The notes under the pieces were generated by a model, which worked only from the letters and a program-made list of their open reading frames with translations, did not search any database and had not been told where the DNA came from. 64,000 nt of DNA from an uncultured Actinomycetota bacterium (lineage in GTDB: Bacteria; Actinomycetota; Thermoleophilia; RBG-16-64-13): positions 102,396-166,395 of the forward strand of contig OY969565.1 in assembly GCA_963701105.1 (NCBI GenBank), given 5' to 3'. Within the stretch, counting starts at the first letter, position 1. Each line of letters opens with the position of its first letter. Positions 52,446 through 62,262 of this stretch are shown one piece after another. The position numbers and the translations under genes are program-made.

Positions 52446-53904
52446 TCGGCCTACTCCTGCTCCTGCCCAAGGCGACCATCGGCATCGCCGCGCTGCTTGC
52501 CCTCCTGCTCGATTCGATCACGGGCGGGCGGGCGCGCCGCCGCGTGGTCCTCGCGGTCGTGGTGCTGCTCTCGGTCGGAGCGGTGGTTGCGATCGTAGGC
52601 ATAGGCCGGACCGGAGTGTTCTTGGAAGGTACGCTCGTGGTCGATCGCTTCTCCATCTTCGCCGACATCGTGCTCTTGGTCCTCGGCGCCGTAGTGGCGC
52701 TCGCGGCGCTTAACGGGGTGGGGTCGGAGAAAGAAGCCGGCGACTTCTACACCCTGTTCTTCCTCTCTCTTGCCGGAGCCTCGGTCCTCGCGTCCGCCGG
52801 CAGCCTCATCATGGTGTTCCTCGCCATCGAGCTCGCCCTCATCCCCACCTTCGCCCTCGTGGCGTTCAGGGCCGAAGACCGCCGAAGCTTCGAAGCGGCC
52901 CTCAAGTACTTCCTGCTCAGCGTCTTCGCGTCGGCCATCATGCTCTTCGGTTTCTCGCTCGTGTACGCCGCCGTGGGCACCGTCGCCCTCCCTCTTCCGG
53001 GCGACGCGCCTCCTCCGGCCTCCTCTTGGCCGGGATAGGACTGACGCTGGCCGGTTTCGGGTTCAAGATCGCCGCCTTTCCCTTCCACCAGTGGCTGCCC
53101 GACGCGTTCGAGGTGTCGCATCCGGAGGTAGCCGCCTTCCTTGCCGTGGGGCCGAAACTGGCGGCCATCGTGGCCCTCGTCCGGATCCTGGAGGGTCTGG
53201 CGGCCCAGAACGGTGCCTGGACGTCGGCCGTCGCCGCCATCGCGGTCCTGAGCATGGTGTGGGGGAATCTTGGCGCGTTCCGACAGCGGCGTCTCCCCAG
53301 ACTGCTCGCATACTCCGCGATCGCGCACGCCGGCTACGCGCTCGTGGGCCTTGCCGGGGGCGGCCCTCGGGGCATGGAGGGTGCCGTGGTGTACTTCGCG
53401 GCCTACAGCGCGGCTGCCGTGGGGGCCTTCCTGGTCGTAGGGATCCTGTCCCGTGGAGGCATCGGCGACAGCCTGGGCGACGTAGTCGGGCTGGGGCGGA
53501 GACGCCCCCTGGTGGCGGCCGCCATGACCGTCTTCATGATCTCACTGGTGGGCGTGCCTCTGTTCGCCGGCTTCTGGGGGAAGTTCTCGGTGTTCCTCGG
53601 GGCGGTGGAGGGTGGAGTGGTGTGGTTGGCGGTGGTGGGCGTGCTGAACAGCGCCATGTCCTTCGGATACTACGGTAACGTGATCCGCATCATGTACCTC
53701 GAGGGTGGCACCGACGCGGCGTCTGCGCGGTCCGCCGCCGGCGTGCCGGCCGGCGGGGTCTCGGCGCACGGTCAGACAGTCGTGGCCGGCGCTGAAGGTT
53801 GGGGCATCCGCGTCGCGCTGGGAGTCGCCGTAGCGCTCACGATGCTGCTGGGGATCGTGCCGGGAATACTCTTCGGAGCCCTGGGAGTGAGCGCGGGTCC
53901 TTGA
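52442..53904 (+). pseudogene. nuoN: NADH-quinone oxidoreductase subunit N, split by an apparent -1 frameshift around 52990-53030
   Basis: Track ORFs 52442-53038 and 53026-53904 are the N- and C-terminal parts of one NuoN: ...FLAIELALIPTFALVAF... then ...FGFKIAAFPFHQWLPDAFEVSHPEVAAFLAV.... The second frame reads ...SSGLLLAGIGLTLAGF upstream of its nominal start. The junction is a C/T-rich repetitive stretch (CCCTCCCTCTTCC...CCTCCTCC). Confidence 0.75.
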
Positions 53905-55087
53905 GCCTCTGCCTCGCCGGTCTGGTGTCCGGCACTTTGAGCCTCGAGCCCCTACCCACGTGCAGGCGCGTGCTGCGCCACGTGATGGTCCGGGTACGGT
54001 AGCCGGCCGCCCATATATACAGGAGCAGCAGATCGCGCAGCGGGGTCAGCAGCACGTGACGCGCCCGCAGCGGAGCGCCCATGAGTATCTGGCTCCCGGC
54101 GTCGAAGGCCATCTTCAGCCCCACGGCCGCGCCGGCGACAGCGATGGTGGGGTTCGCCGGCCCCCAGCCCGCGACGGCCGCCGCCGCGAGCGCCACGGCG
54201 ATGGCGGTAGGGTTGGCCAAAGGCTCGAGCAGATACATGGGGCCCGAGATGGTGCGGCGCATGGCGCTCCAACGCGTATACCGTCGCAGAAAGGTGAGGA
54301 CGCCGGTGTAAATCGCCACCCGATCGACCGGAGAGGGGGAGATGACCACCCGGAGACCAGCCCGCGCGAAGCGCGCGGCGAGGGCGAAATCCTCGGCCAG
54401 GTAGTCCTGCACGACTTCCAAGCCCCCCAGCGCCTCCAGGTCGCGCCGGCGCATGAGCATGGACTTGCCGATGACGCAACTGATGCCCAATCGATCGAAC
54501 AGCGCCACGGACCCCACTATGAACGAGTTGAGGTAGCCGTTGTCGAGATCGGCACCGAGAGTGGCCCCTTGGGCCCCGCGCACGACGTGACTCACCAGGC
54601 CTACACCGGGGTCGCGCATGTGCGAGACGGCCTCGCGTAGGTAACCGGCGTGCACACTGACGTTGGCGTCACTGATGAGCACAAGATCGTTGCGGGCGCG
54701 CCGGTATCCCGGGATGAGATTGCATATCTTCGGGTTCAGACCCTGGGAATAGTCGCCCACCACGATGCTCAGCGAGCGCGCAGGGTGGCGCAGTTGGAGC
54801 TCCCGCAGCAGAGTCACCGCGGGATCGTCCGCATCCTGCAGACAGAAGATGATCTCGTAGTCGGGATAGTCCTGGTGGATGAAGGTCTCGAGGTTGGCCT
54901 GGAGTCCGTCCTCCCACCCGGTAATGGGCTTCAGTATCGACACCGGGGGAGTCCATTCCCGGCCCGGGGTCCGCGCCGGCGTCCCCTTGGATCGCGTGGG
55001 AACGGCCAGGTGTCTCCAGGTGGCCACGAACTGCACGACGACGAATGTCATCGAGATGAGTAGGAGGATCTCGAGCGCAGCGATCAC
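53837..55087 (-). CDS. glycosyltransferase family 21-like (ceramide glucosyltransferase / HpnI-related)
   Basis: GTG 55087 overlaps the upstream stop (GTGA). N-terminal TM, VSILKPITGWEDGLQANLETF, LISDANV and CVIGKSMLMRRRDLEALGG (D-x-D / Q-x-x-R-W-type region). The 3' end overlaps convergent nuoN by 68 nt. Confidence 0.75.
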   Translation of the reverse strand: MIAALEILLLISMTFVVVQFVATWRHLAVPTRSKGTPARTPGREWTPPVSILKPITGWEDGLQANLETFIHQDYPDYEIIFCLQDADDPAVTLLRELQLRHPARSLSIVVGDYSQGLNPKICNLIPGYRRARNDLVLISDANVSVHAGYLREAVSHMRDPGVGLVSHVVRGAQGATLGADLDNGYLNSFIVGSVALFDRLGISCVIGKSMLMRRRDLEALGGLEVVQDYLAEDFALAARFARAGLRVVISPSPVDRVAIYTGVLTFLRRYTRWSAMRRTISGPMYLLEPLANPTAIAVALAAAAVAGWGPANPTIAVAGAAVGLKMAFDAGSQILMGAPLRARHVLLTPLRDLLLLYIWAAGYRTRTITWRSTRLHVGRGSRLKVPDTRPARQRLKDPRSLPGLRRVFPARSPAAS

Positions 55088-56436
55088 TGTTCTGCTCGCA
55101 TCTGCGGGGATGGGGGCGAGGCCCGCGGTGGGTGGGAGGGAACGTCCGTCCCGGCCTGCATTGTAGCAATTCCGGCCGCGGCCAGTCGCGCGAACTCGGC
55201 GGCGGCCCTCGTCGGGCGGCGTTCCAGGGTGTCGAAATCCACGTGGTAGAGACCGAATCTCGGACCAAGACCGACCAGCCACTCGAAGTTGTCCAGAAGC
55301 GACCACCAGAAGTAGCCGCGCACGTCTATCCCCTGTGCGCGGCAGCGCGCGACCTCAGCGACGTGCTTCCGGAGATAGGAGATCTTGCGTTCGTCGCTCG
55401 ACTCGGCGGTGCCGTTCTCGGTGATCACCAGGGGCACTCCCAGCGATGACACCCGGCGCAACATTTCCGTGAGTCCTTGCGGATACGTCTCCCAGCCCAT
55501 CTCGCTGAGGCCGTTGCCGGTGCGGTCGTCCCAGAAGTAGCGATGCCGTACGCGTTGAAACGGAGACAGGGTCACGAACGCACGGGTGTAGTAGTTCACA
55601 CCGAGGAAATCAAGCTTCCCCCGGAGCGGGAGGCCGCTGACCCTCGTGAAGGGGAACACCCGGAACCCCAGCATGCCGGTTCGGAACGCTTCGATCACCG
55701 CATCGTTGTAGAGGCGGTCGGCGACGCCCGTCGCCCAGCGGTCCAATCGGGAGCGTTCTCTATCGGGCGAGAAGCACAGCGTGTTGAGCGCGATGCCCAC
55801 CTGTGCCCCGGGCGTCACCGCGTGGATCACACCGAAGAGCCGTGCGTGAGCTCGGAGCATGTTGGCGAGCGCGCGGTGAGCCGCCAAGAACCCCCGTCTC
55901 CCGGGAGGGGTGAGCCCGGCGATGAACCCTCCGGCCACCTGTACGTTCGGCTCGTTGAGCGTGATCCACACTCGTACGTGACCCGCCAAGGCCTTAACGA
56001 TGGCCGTGGCGAAGCGCACGAACTCCTCGAGGAAGGCGTCGTGGGTCCAATCCAGTCCTTCGCGCGCGAGCCACGCCGGACTGGTGAAGTGGTGCAGGGT
56101 CACAACGGGCTCGATACCTCGTGCACGCAGCCCGGCAGCGATGCGCACGTAGCGCTCTACCTCGGGCGCGCTCCACAGGCCTCGGGCGGGCTCTACTCTG
56201 CTCCACTCCACCGAGAAACGGTAGGCGTTGCTCCCGATCTCATCGAGGAGGGCGAGGTCCTCTTGCTCATGCGTGCGGTGGTCCACGCCGCGGAGTCTGG
56301 CCGCCCGATCCCGGGAGTCTATTACCCCCCAGTCCGTCCAATCAGCGGTAGGCGAGCCTTCGATCTGAAAAGCCGACGTGGAGACGCCCCAGAGAAATCT
56401 TTGTGGATCGAGGGGGGAGGGCGTGTCGGGCGACAC
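55084..56436 (-). CDS. GH1 family beta-glucosidase
   Basis: GTG 56436 chosen 5 nt downstream of the upstream gene's stop. FLWGVSTSAFQIEG, YRFSVEWSRVEP, TLNEPN (acid/base Glu) and ITENG (nucleophile Glu). The upstream part of track ORF 55084-56997 is Arg-rich non-homologous sequence overlapping the neighbour. Confidence 0.9.
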   Translation of the reverse strand: MSPDTPSPLDPQRFLWGVSTSAFQIEGSPTADWTDWGVIDSRDRAARLRGVDHRTHEQEDLALLDEIGSNAYRFSVEWSRVEPARGLWSAPEVERYVRIAAGLRARGIEPVVTLHHFTSPAWLAREGLDWTHDAFLEEFVRFATAIVKALAGHVRVWITLNEPNVQVAGGFIAGLTPPGRRGFLAAHRALANMLRAHARLFGVIHAVTPGAQVGIALNTLCFSPDRERSRLDRWATGVADRLYNDAVIEAFRTGMLGFRVFPFTRVSGLPLRGKLDFLGVNYYTRAFVTLSPFQRVRHRYFWDDRTGNGLSEMGWETYPQGLTEMLRRVSSLGVPLVITENGTAESSDERKISYLRKHVAEVARCRAQGIDVRGYFWWSLLDNFEWLVGLGPRFGLYHVDFDTLERRPTRAAAEFARLAAAGIATMQAGTDVPSHPPRASPPSPQMRAEQ

Positions 56437-56441
56437 CGTCG

Positions 56442-57983
56442 CTACGACTGTGCCTGGTCGTGAACGCGGTCGCGCACGGCCTTGGCGGGAGGCCACCCCA
56501 TCCGCAGGTTCGGGTAGCGTCGGACGGCAGGCGTCGTTTCGCCGGGTGCACGGGTCGGCCCGTCGCCGGGGGGCTCGAGCCGTTCGTCGCCGCCGGACGC
56601 GGGCTGTCCATCGTCCCCCGGCTCGGCCTGCACTTCGTCGGCGCGGGCCGACCCGCCGCCCTGACGGGCGCAGCGATCGGCACGCATCCTCTCGATGACT
56701 GTGCGCATGGTGGCGCCGTCGACCGAGATCGCCTCGATGTCCGAGGGTGCGTCCTCGGCGACGAGGCCGTCCATCAGCCCGTCGAGCGCCTGCTGGGCGT
56801 CCGGCACGAATTCCGAGGTGAGCTCGTCGTCTGAGGCGCAGGCGAGGTCGGTGGCCGAGTGCGGCCACCAGGGATCCAGCTCCCCGCCACGCGCGATCTC
56901 CGCTGCCTCGGCAGTGTCGGGTATCCGGACCATGGTCGTGGCGGCGTGAACCAGTTGAGCCGTCTCGCCCCGCGAGATGGCGGCCGTGGCGTCCCATCCG
57001 CCGCCGAACCCCAACAACCCGGAGAGGAGCCCGCAGTACTCGGCCACGCGCAGGGCTCGGCTGCGCGCCGCGGCACCCTCACCCAACAGAGAGGCCACCT
57101 CGAACGACGAGACGAAATCCTGGGGAGGCAGGTCAAGCGTCCCGGGAGAGGACGATGTCAAGGCCTCGACGACCGCCTCGACCGCGGCCACCCTGGATAT
57201 CAGCCGTTCTCCGATCCCATCAGTCTGAGCACGCGCTTTGGGTGCCTGCGCGTGCCACAGGGTGGGGGAAGCGCGCGACAGGAAGTGAGTGCGGGTATGG
57301 GAGCTCGGCAACCGTGACAGAGCGTGCTCGAAATCCGCTATCCACACGGGAAGATCGGGAGCGAACAGGGCCTGCTTGCCGTTGGCGCTAACTGAGAATA
57401 CCCCGGCATCGGTCAACGACTGGATGGCGTCGCGGTAGGGATGCCAGAGGGGTACGTCGGCGAACTCGGCGTGAGCGGGTTTCGCGGGGTCTGCGCCGGC
57501 GATCGAGGAGGGACCGGCGATGCTGAGCCTGTACCGCTGAGGGAGCCCTCCGTCGCCACCTGCGACCCGGACATGCAGTAGGTGGAGTCCGCCGGCGTGA
57601 GCCAGCCGGGAGAGAGCGGCGCGTCCCTGAGCGTCCGTACGGGCCTCGGCGCAAGGGTGGCCGGGGTCGTCGGGGGAGAACAGGGTCAACTCGAGCGCAG
57701 AGCCCGGCACCGACGCCTCTGCCTCCACCTGTATCGGCTGCCACGCCAGCGCGTCGAAGCTGAACCAGGAGTGCCAATCCGACTCCGGGGAGTTGCTCAC
57801 CGAGAGGTCGTAGGTGTCCCAGGTGAGGCTGCTCTGCCACGGCGGTTCCACTCGTCGCGCGTAACCCCGCCCGTCAAGTTCCACCGTCCCGGCAGGGGGC
57901 TCCACCGGCCTTCTCTTCGCACGCGTCACCGACTCGACGGCCAGTCGCCAGGCTCTGTGCAGTCCCCAGAGGCGCACGGTCAT
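56442..57983 (-). CDS. hypothetical protein with SLH-like repeat segments
   Basis: 513 aa. FADVPLWHPYRDAIQSLTDAGVFS resembles an S-layer homology motif. The rest is unassigned. Confidence 0.45.
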   Translation of the reverse strand: MTVRLWGLHRAWRLAVESVTRAKRRPVEPPAGTVELDGRGYARRVEPPWQSSLTWDTYDLSVSNSPESDWHSWFSFDALAWQPIQVEAEASVPGSALELTLFSPDDPGHPCAEARTDAQGRAALSRLAHAGGLHLLHVRVAGGDGGLPQRYRLSIAGPSSIAGADPAKPAHAEFADVPLWHPYRDAIQSLTDAGVFSVSANGKQALFAPDLPVWIADFEHALSRLPSSHTRTHFLSRASPTLWHAQAPKARAQTDGIGERLISRVAAVEAVVEALTSSSPGTLDLPPQDFVSSFEVASLLGEGAAARSRALRVAEYCGLLSGLLGFGGGWDATAAISRGETAQLVHAATTMVRIPDTAEAAEIARGGELDPWWPHSATDLACASDDELTSEFVPDAQQALDGLMDGLVAEDAPSDIEAISVDGATMRTVIERMRADRCARQGGGSARADEVQAEPGDDGQPASGGDERLEPPGDGPTRAPGETTPAVRRYPNLRMGWPPAKAVRDRVHDQAQS

Positions 57984-58059
57984 CCCCGCTCGGTCAAAGT
58001 CCTCGACTCACAGTTGAATAGTACCACCCGACCACCCTGTCGAGTGCCTCATACGGGTC

Positions 58060-59685
58060 CTAATCCGTCGGAGCCGAGGGTGGCCCGCCACTGCCTTCCG
58101 GGTGCCAGCGGAGAACCGGGTGGCGGGCCGCCCGGGTCTCGTCAGGTCTGCGCACCGGCGTCGTATGCGGTGCGCTCGAGACCACGTCCGGATCCTCTCG
58201 GGCCTCGCGGTCGATGTCGAGCAGGATCTGGACGAAGCCGTCGAGGCTCTCCAGGCTCTCGGTCTCGGTGGGCTCGATCATGAGCGCTTCGGGAACGATG
58301 AGGGGAAAGTAGACGGTGGGCGCGTGGACGCCGAAATCCAGGATGCGTTTCGCGACGTCCCCGGCTTTGACGCCGGTTTCTTTCTTCAAGCGTGCGGCTG
58401 AGGCCACGAACTCGTGCATGCAGACGCGATCGTACGGCACGGGGTAGGTGTCCCCGATGCGGACCCTCAGGTAGTTCGCGTTGGTCACGGCGTCTTCAGA
58501 GGCCTGAGTGAGCCCGTCTCCGCCCATGCTGAGGATGTAGGCATACGCCCGTACCAGGACGCCCACGTTCCCGTAGAAGCCCCGCACGCGGCCGATGCTC
58601 GCAGGGCGATCGTACTCGAGGAAGAAGCGGTGCTTGTCGGGGTCGTCGGGCGCGCCTCCGCCGCTCCGGCCCACGGCGCTGCTCTTACTCTGGGCGCCGC
58701 CCGGGTTCTCCCCGCCGCTCCGGCCCTCCGCGCCGGCCTCGTCAGCGGACCGGAGCGACACCAACGGGGAGGGGAGGTAGGGCTCTAGCCTGGGGCATAC
58801 GGCCACCGGCCCGGCCCCGGGTCCTCCTCCTCCGTGGGGAGTGGAGAAGGTCTTGTGCAGATTCATGTGCACCACGTCCATGCCCATGTCTCCTGGACGG
58901 GCCTTGCCCATGATGGCGTTCAGGTTGGCGCCGTCGTAATAGACCAGAGCTCCGGCATCGTGTGCGAGCCGGGTTATCTCCAACACATCCTCTTCGAAGA
59001 GACCCAGGGTGTTCGGGTTCGTGAGCATGATGGCGGCCGTCTTCTCCGACAGAGCCGAGCGGAGAGTCTCTAGGTCTATGAGACCGCGTTCGGAGCTCTT
59101 GAGCTCCAGCACCCGGTAGCCGGCCATCGTCGCCGTGGCGAGATTCGTGCCGTGAGCCGAGTCGGGGACGATCACCGTGTCCCGGGACGATCCGCCGTGG
59201 TCGCGATGGAACGCCCGGATCATGAGGATCCCCACGAACTCTCCGTGCGCCCCGGCGGCCGGCTGCAGGGTGGCACGGCACATGCCTGTGACCGTCAGGA
59301 GAGCCTGCTCGAGGTCCCACATGAGCTCCAGCGTCCCCTGGACGTCCTCCTCAGCCTGATAGGGGTGCAGGGCGGTGAAACCAGGCACCGCGGCCAATTC
59401 GTCGTTGACCTTCGGGTTGTACTTCATCGTGCACGAGCCCAACGGATAGATGCCTAGGTCTATGGAGTGATTGAGTCGGGAGAGGCGCGTGTAGTAGCGC
59501 ACGATCTCGGGCTCGGAGAGTTCCGGCAGAGCGGGGGGGCGGTCACGCGGGGTCACCCCTGCCAGGAGTCCGGTCGTGGAGGCTGTCTCCACGCCCGCCT
59601 GAGGCACTGCCGCGCCCCGATGCCCGGCCCGCGATCTCTCGAAGGAGAGGGGTTCCAGTCTCGATACGCAGCCTTCATCGCCCAT
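58060..59685 (-). CDS. gcvPB: glycine dehydrogenase (aminomethyl-transferring) subunit 2
   Basis: 541 aa. PELSEPEIVRYYTRLS, NLHKTFSTPHGGGGPG (PLP-Lys region). Contains a Gly/Ser-rich insertion. Confidence 0.95.
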   Translation of the reverse strand: MGDEGCVSRLEPLSFERSRAGHRGAAVPQAGVETASTTGLLAGVTPRDRPPALPELSEPEIVRYYTRLSRLNHSIDLGIYPLGSCTMKYNPKVNDELAAVPGFTALHPYQAEEDVQGTLELMWDLEQALLTVTGMCRATLQPAAGAHGEFVGILMIRAFHRDHGGSSRDTVIVPDSAHGTNLATATMAGYRVLELKSSERGLIDLETLRSALSEKTAAIMLTNPNTLGLFEEDVLEITRLAHDAGALVYYDGANLNAIMGKARPGDMGMDVVHMNLHKTFSTPHGGGGPGAGPVAVCPRLEPYLPSPLVSLRSADEAGAEGRSGGENPGGAQSKSSAVGRSGGGAPDDPDKHRFFLEYDRPASIGRVRGFYGNVGVLVRAYAYILSMGGDGLTQASEDAVTNANYLRVRIGDTYPVPYDRVCMHEFVASAARLKKETGVKAGDVAKRILDFGVHAPTVYFPLIVPEALMIEPTETESLESLDGFVQILLDIDREAREDPDVVSSAPHTTPVRRPDETRAARHPVLRWHPEGSGGPPSAPTD

Positions 59686-61036
59686 GAGGGTCTCCTCCCG
59701 ACGAGAGGAAGTCTGTTGTGGCCTCGATGTACGCGTCGAGGTCGGCGGGGGCGTTCATCTCGGTCGCCGCTACGAGGAGTACGTCACTCCAGGCGGGATC
59801 GAATCGTCCAAGGGGGACCCCCGGGTCCACACCTCGGGCCCGTAACTCTGTGGCAAAGACGCCCGCGTCCACGGGGAGGCGGATGGCGAACTCATTGAAG
59901 AAGGGTGAGTCGTATGCCGGAGCGACTCCCGTGAGATCGACCAGACCTCGCTGCAGGTAATGGGCGCGCTGGACGCAGGTGGAGCCCAACTCCAAAAGAC
60001 CGCGTGGACCGAGCAGAGAGAGGTGTATCGTCGCGGCCAGGGCGACGAGGGCCTGATTCGAGCAGATGTTCGACGTGGCTTTGGCCCGGCGGATGTGTTG
60101 CTCGCGGGCCTGCATGGTGAGCGCAAAGCACCTGCGACCGTCCGCGTCTACGGTCTCGCCCACCAGGCGCCCGGGCAGTTCGTGTAGGTAGGCACTCTCG
60201 CAGGCCACGAACCCGGCCGAAGGACCGCCGAAACTAGACGGGGTGCCGAAGGGCTGCACGTCACCCACGGCCACGTCGGCCCCCACCTGACCCGGCGGAG
60301 CGAGCAGCCCGGCGGTGACGAGGTTCTGCCACACCACGAGGAGTGCGCCGGCGGCATGCGCCGCCTCGGCGAGCGGCCCGAGATCTTCTATCACTCCGAA
60401 GAAGTTGGGCTGCTGGACCAGGAGCGCCGCCGCGCCCTGCAGGTGTTCTTCCTCAGGAACCGCGGTCCGGCCCGAGGAGGGCTCGAGCGGTACGTCCGAG
60501 ACGGGGAGTCCGGGGCCGGACGCATATGTCTGCACCACTTCCCGCCCCTCCGGGTGCACACCCGCAGACACTAGTATCCGGTCTCGGGACGTGTGACGGA
60601 CGGCCAAGAAGGCGCCCTCCGCCAGGGCCGAGGCGGCGTCGTACATGGAGGCGTTCGCCACCGGCAGACCCGTGAGCTCCGAGATGGTCGTCTGGAACTC
60701 GAAGATGTGTTGGAGCGTGCCCTGGCTCACTTCGGCTTGGTAGGGCGTATACGACGTGGCGAATTCGCTCCGCCCAACCAGCGCGCGCACCGCCGCCGGC
60801 ACGTAGTGGTTGTAGCTCCCTGCTCCCAGGAAACTGCGTGATCCCCAGATGCGATTGCGCTCCGCGAGGGCAGACACGCGTGAGACCGTTTCACTCTCAG
60901 GCAATCCCGGGGGCAGATCAAGCCCTACCGTGCGCAATTCGGGCGGGATGGCCGCGAAGAGATCTTCGACGGAGTCCACCCCGATGACACTCAGCATCGC
61001 CGCACGGTCGGCGTCGGTGTGGATGGAGTAGCTCAT
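59675..61036 (-). CDS. gcvPA: glycine dehydrogenase (aminomethyl-transferring) subunit 1
   Basis: 453 aa. FLGAGSYNHYVPAAV and TSYTPYQAEVSQGTLQ. Confidence 0.95.
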   Translation of the reverse strand: MSYSIHTDADRAAMLSVIGVDSVEDLFAAIPPELRTVGLDLPPGLPESETVSRVSALAERNRIWGSRSFLGAGSYNHYVPAAVRALVGRSEFATSYTPYQAEVSQGTLQHIFEFQTTISELTGLPVANASMYDAASALAEGAFLAVRHTSRDRILVSAGVHPEGREVVQTYASGPGLPVSDVPLEPSSGRTAVPEEEHLQGAAALLVQQPNFFGVIEDLGPLAEAAHAAGALLVVWQNLVTAGLLAPPGQVGADVAVGDVQPFGTPSSFGGPSAGFVACESAYLHELPGRLVGETVDADGRRCFALTMQAREQHIRRAKATSNICSNQALVALAATIHLSLLGPRGLLELGSTCVQRAHYLQRGLVDLTGVAPAYDSPFFNEFAIRLPVDAGVFATELRARGVDPGVPLGRFDPAWSDVLLVAATEMNAPADLDAYIEATTDFLSSGGDPHGR

Positions 61037-62262
61037 GGTTCCACGTGGGCACGGCCGGCGCCCGCGGCGCCTGCGCCGCCGCGGCCCGCCGTGCGCCTCT
61101 TGCGATCCGGTATGGGAGTCACGCCCCGCTTGTAGAAGGGGCGGTCAACGATACGGGCGGGCGTGGCCTTGGACGATGCGATGATCGACACCTCCGATCC
61201 GCTCTGCGCGAGGTCGGCTTCGACGTAGCCGAGCGCGATGGGGTGGCCGAGGACCGGGCTGAGCGACCCGGAGGTGATCTTACCCACCGGGCGACCCGCG
61301 ATGTGCACGGTGTCCCCCGGTCGGGGAATGGTGTGGGCCTCGGTGGCGAAGCCCACCAGCAGGCGCGCCGGACCGCGGGCGGCCGCCCGGGCCAGAGCTT
61401 CGCGCCCCACGAAATCGGAGCCGTCCTTGCGCTCAAGATCCACCAACCAATCGAGGCGGGCCTCGTAGGGGGTGGTGTGTGCGTCGATGTCTCGGCCGTG
61501 GAGCAGAAGGGCCGCCTCCAACCTCAAGGTGTCACGGGCCCCGAGGCCACACGGCGTCACGGCGTCTCCGATGCCGCAGGCGAGGAGAGACCTCCACAGG
61601 CGGACGGCGTCCGCCTGATCCACGAGGAGTTCCACTCCCTGCTCGCCGGTGTAGCCGGTGCGCATGATGGTGGCCTCCACTCCGGCCACGTTGGCGGCGG
61701 TGAAAGTGAAGGGGGCGAGACGGGAGGCGCTCTCGGAGGAGACGGAATCCACGAGATCCAAGGCTGCCGGACCCTGCAGAGCGAACAGGCCGGTGATGTC
61801 GGTGAGGTCGTCCAGGACCGTGTCCCCCACCAGGTGATCTTGGATCCATTCTCGGTCGGCATCGGCGTTGCCGGCGTTGACGATCAGGAGCAGGCCGTCG
61901 TCGCGACGATACACGATGAGGTCGTCGAGGATACCGCCTTCGGGGGTGAGGAACAGAGTGTACTGCGCCAGCCCTGGATCGAGCCCGGAGATATCGGTTG
62001 CGACCAGACGCTGCACGGTGCGCACCGCGTCGAGGCCGCGCAGTAGGAGGCGCCCCATGTGCGAGACGTCGAAGAGTCCCGCCCCAGTGCGCACCCGCAA
62101 ATGCTCGTCGATGATGGACGTGTAGAAGGTGGGCATGCGCCACCCACCGAACGAGGCGAAGCGGGCGCCTAAGAGAGCGTGGTCGTTCTCCAGGAACAGG
62201 TGGCGCAGCCCGTCGCCTGCCGGTTCATACGTTCCCGTGTTGTCTTCATCGGGGGGGATCAC
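61033..62262 (-). CDS. gcvT: glycine cleavage system aminomethyltransferase T
   Basis: GTG 62262 preceded by AAGGAGG plus 4 nt. LLGARFASFGGWRMPTFY and GLFDVSHMGRL. Stop overlaps the gcvPA start. Confidence 0.9.
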   Translation of the reverse strand: MIPPDEDNTGTYEPAGDGLRHLFLENDHALLGARFASFGGWRMPTFYTSIIDEHLRVRTGAGLFDVSHMGRLLLRGLDAVRTVQRLVATDISGLDPGLAQYTLFLTPEGGILDDLIVYRRDDGLLLIVNAGNADADREWIQDHLVGDTVLDDLTDITGLFALQGPAALDLVDSVSSESASRLAPFTFTAANVAGVEATIMRTGYTGEQGVELLVDQADAVRLWRSLLACGIGDAVTPCGLGARDTLRLEAALLLHGRDIDAHTTPYEARLDWLVDLERKDGSDFVGREALARAAARGPARLLVGFATEAHTIPRPGDTVHIAGRPVGKITSGSLSPVLGHPIALGYVEADLAQSGSEVSIIASSKATPARIVDRPFYKRGVTPIPDRKRRTAGRGGAGAAGAGRAHVEP

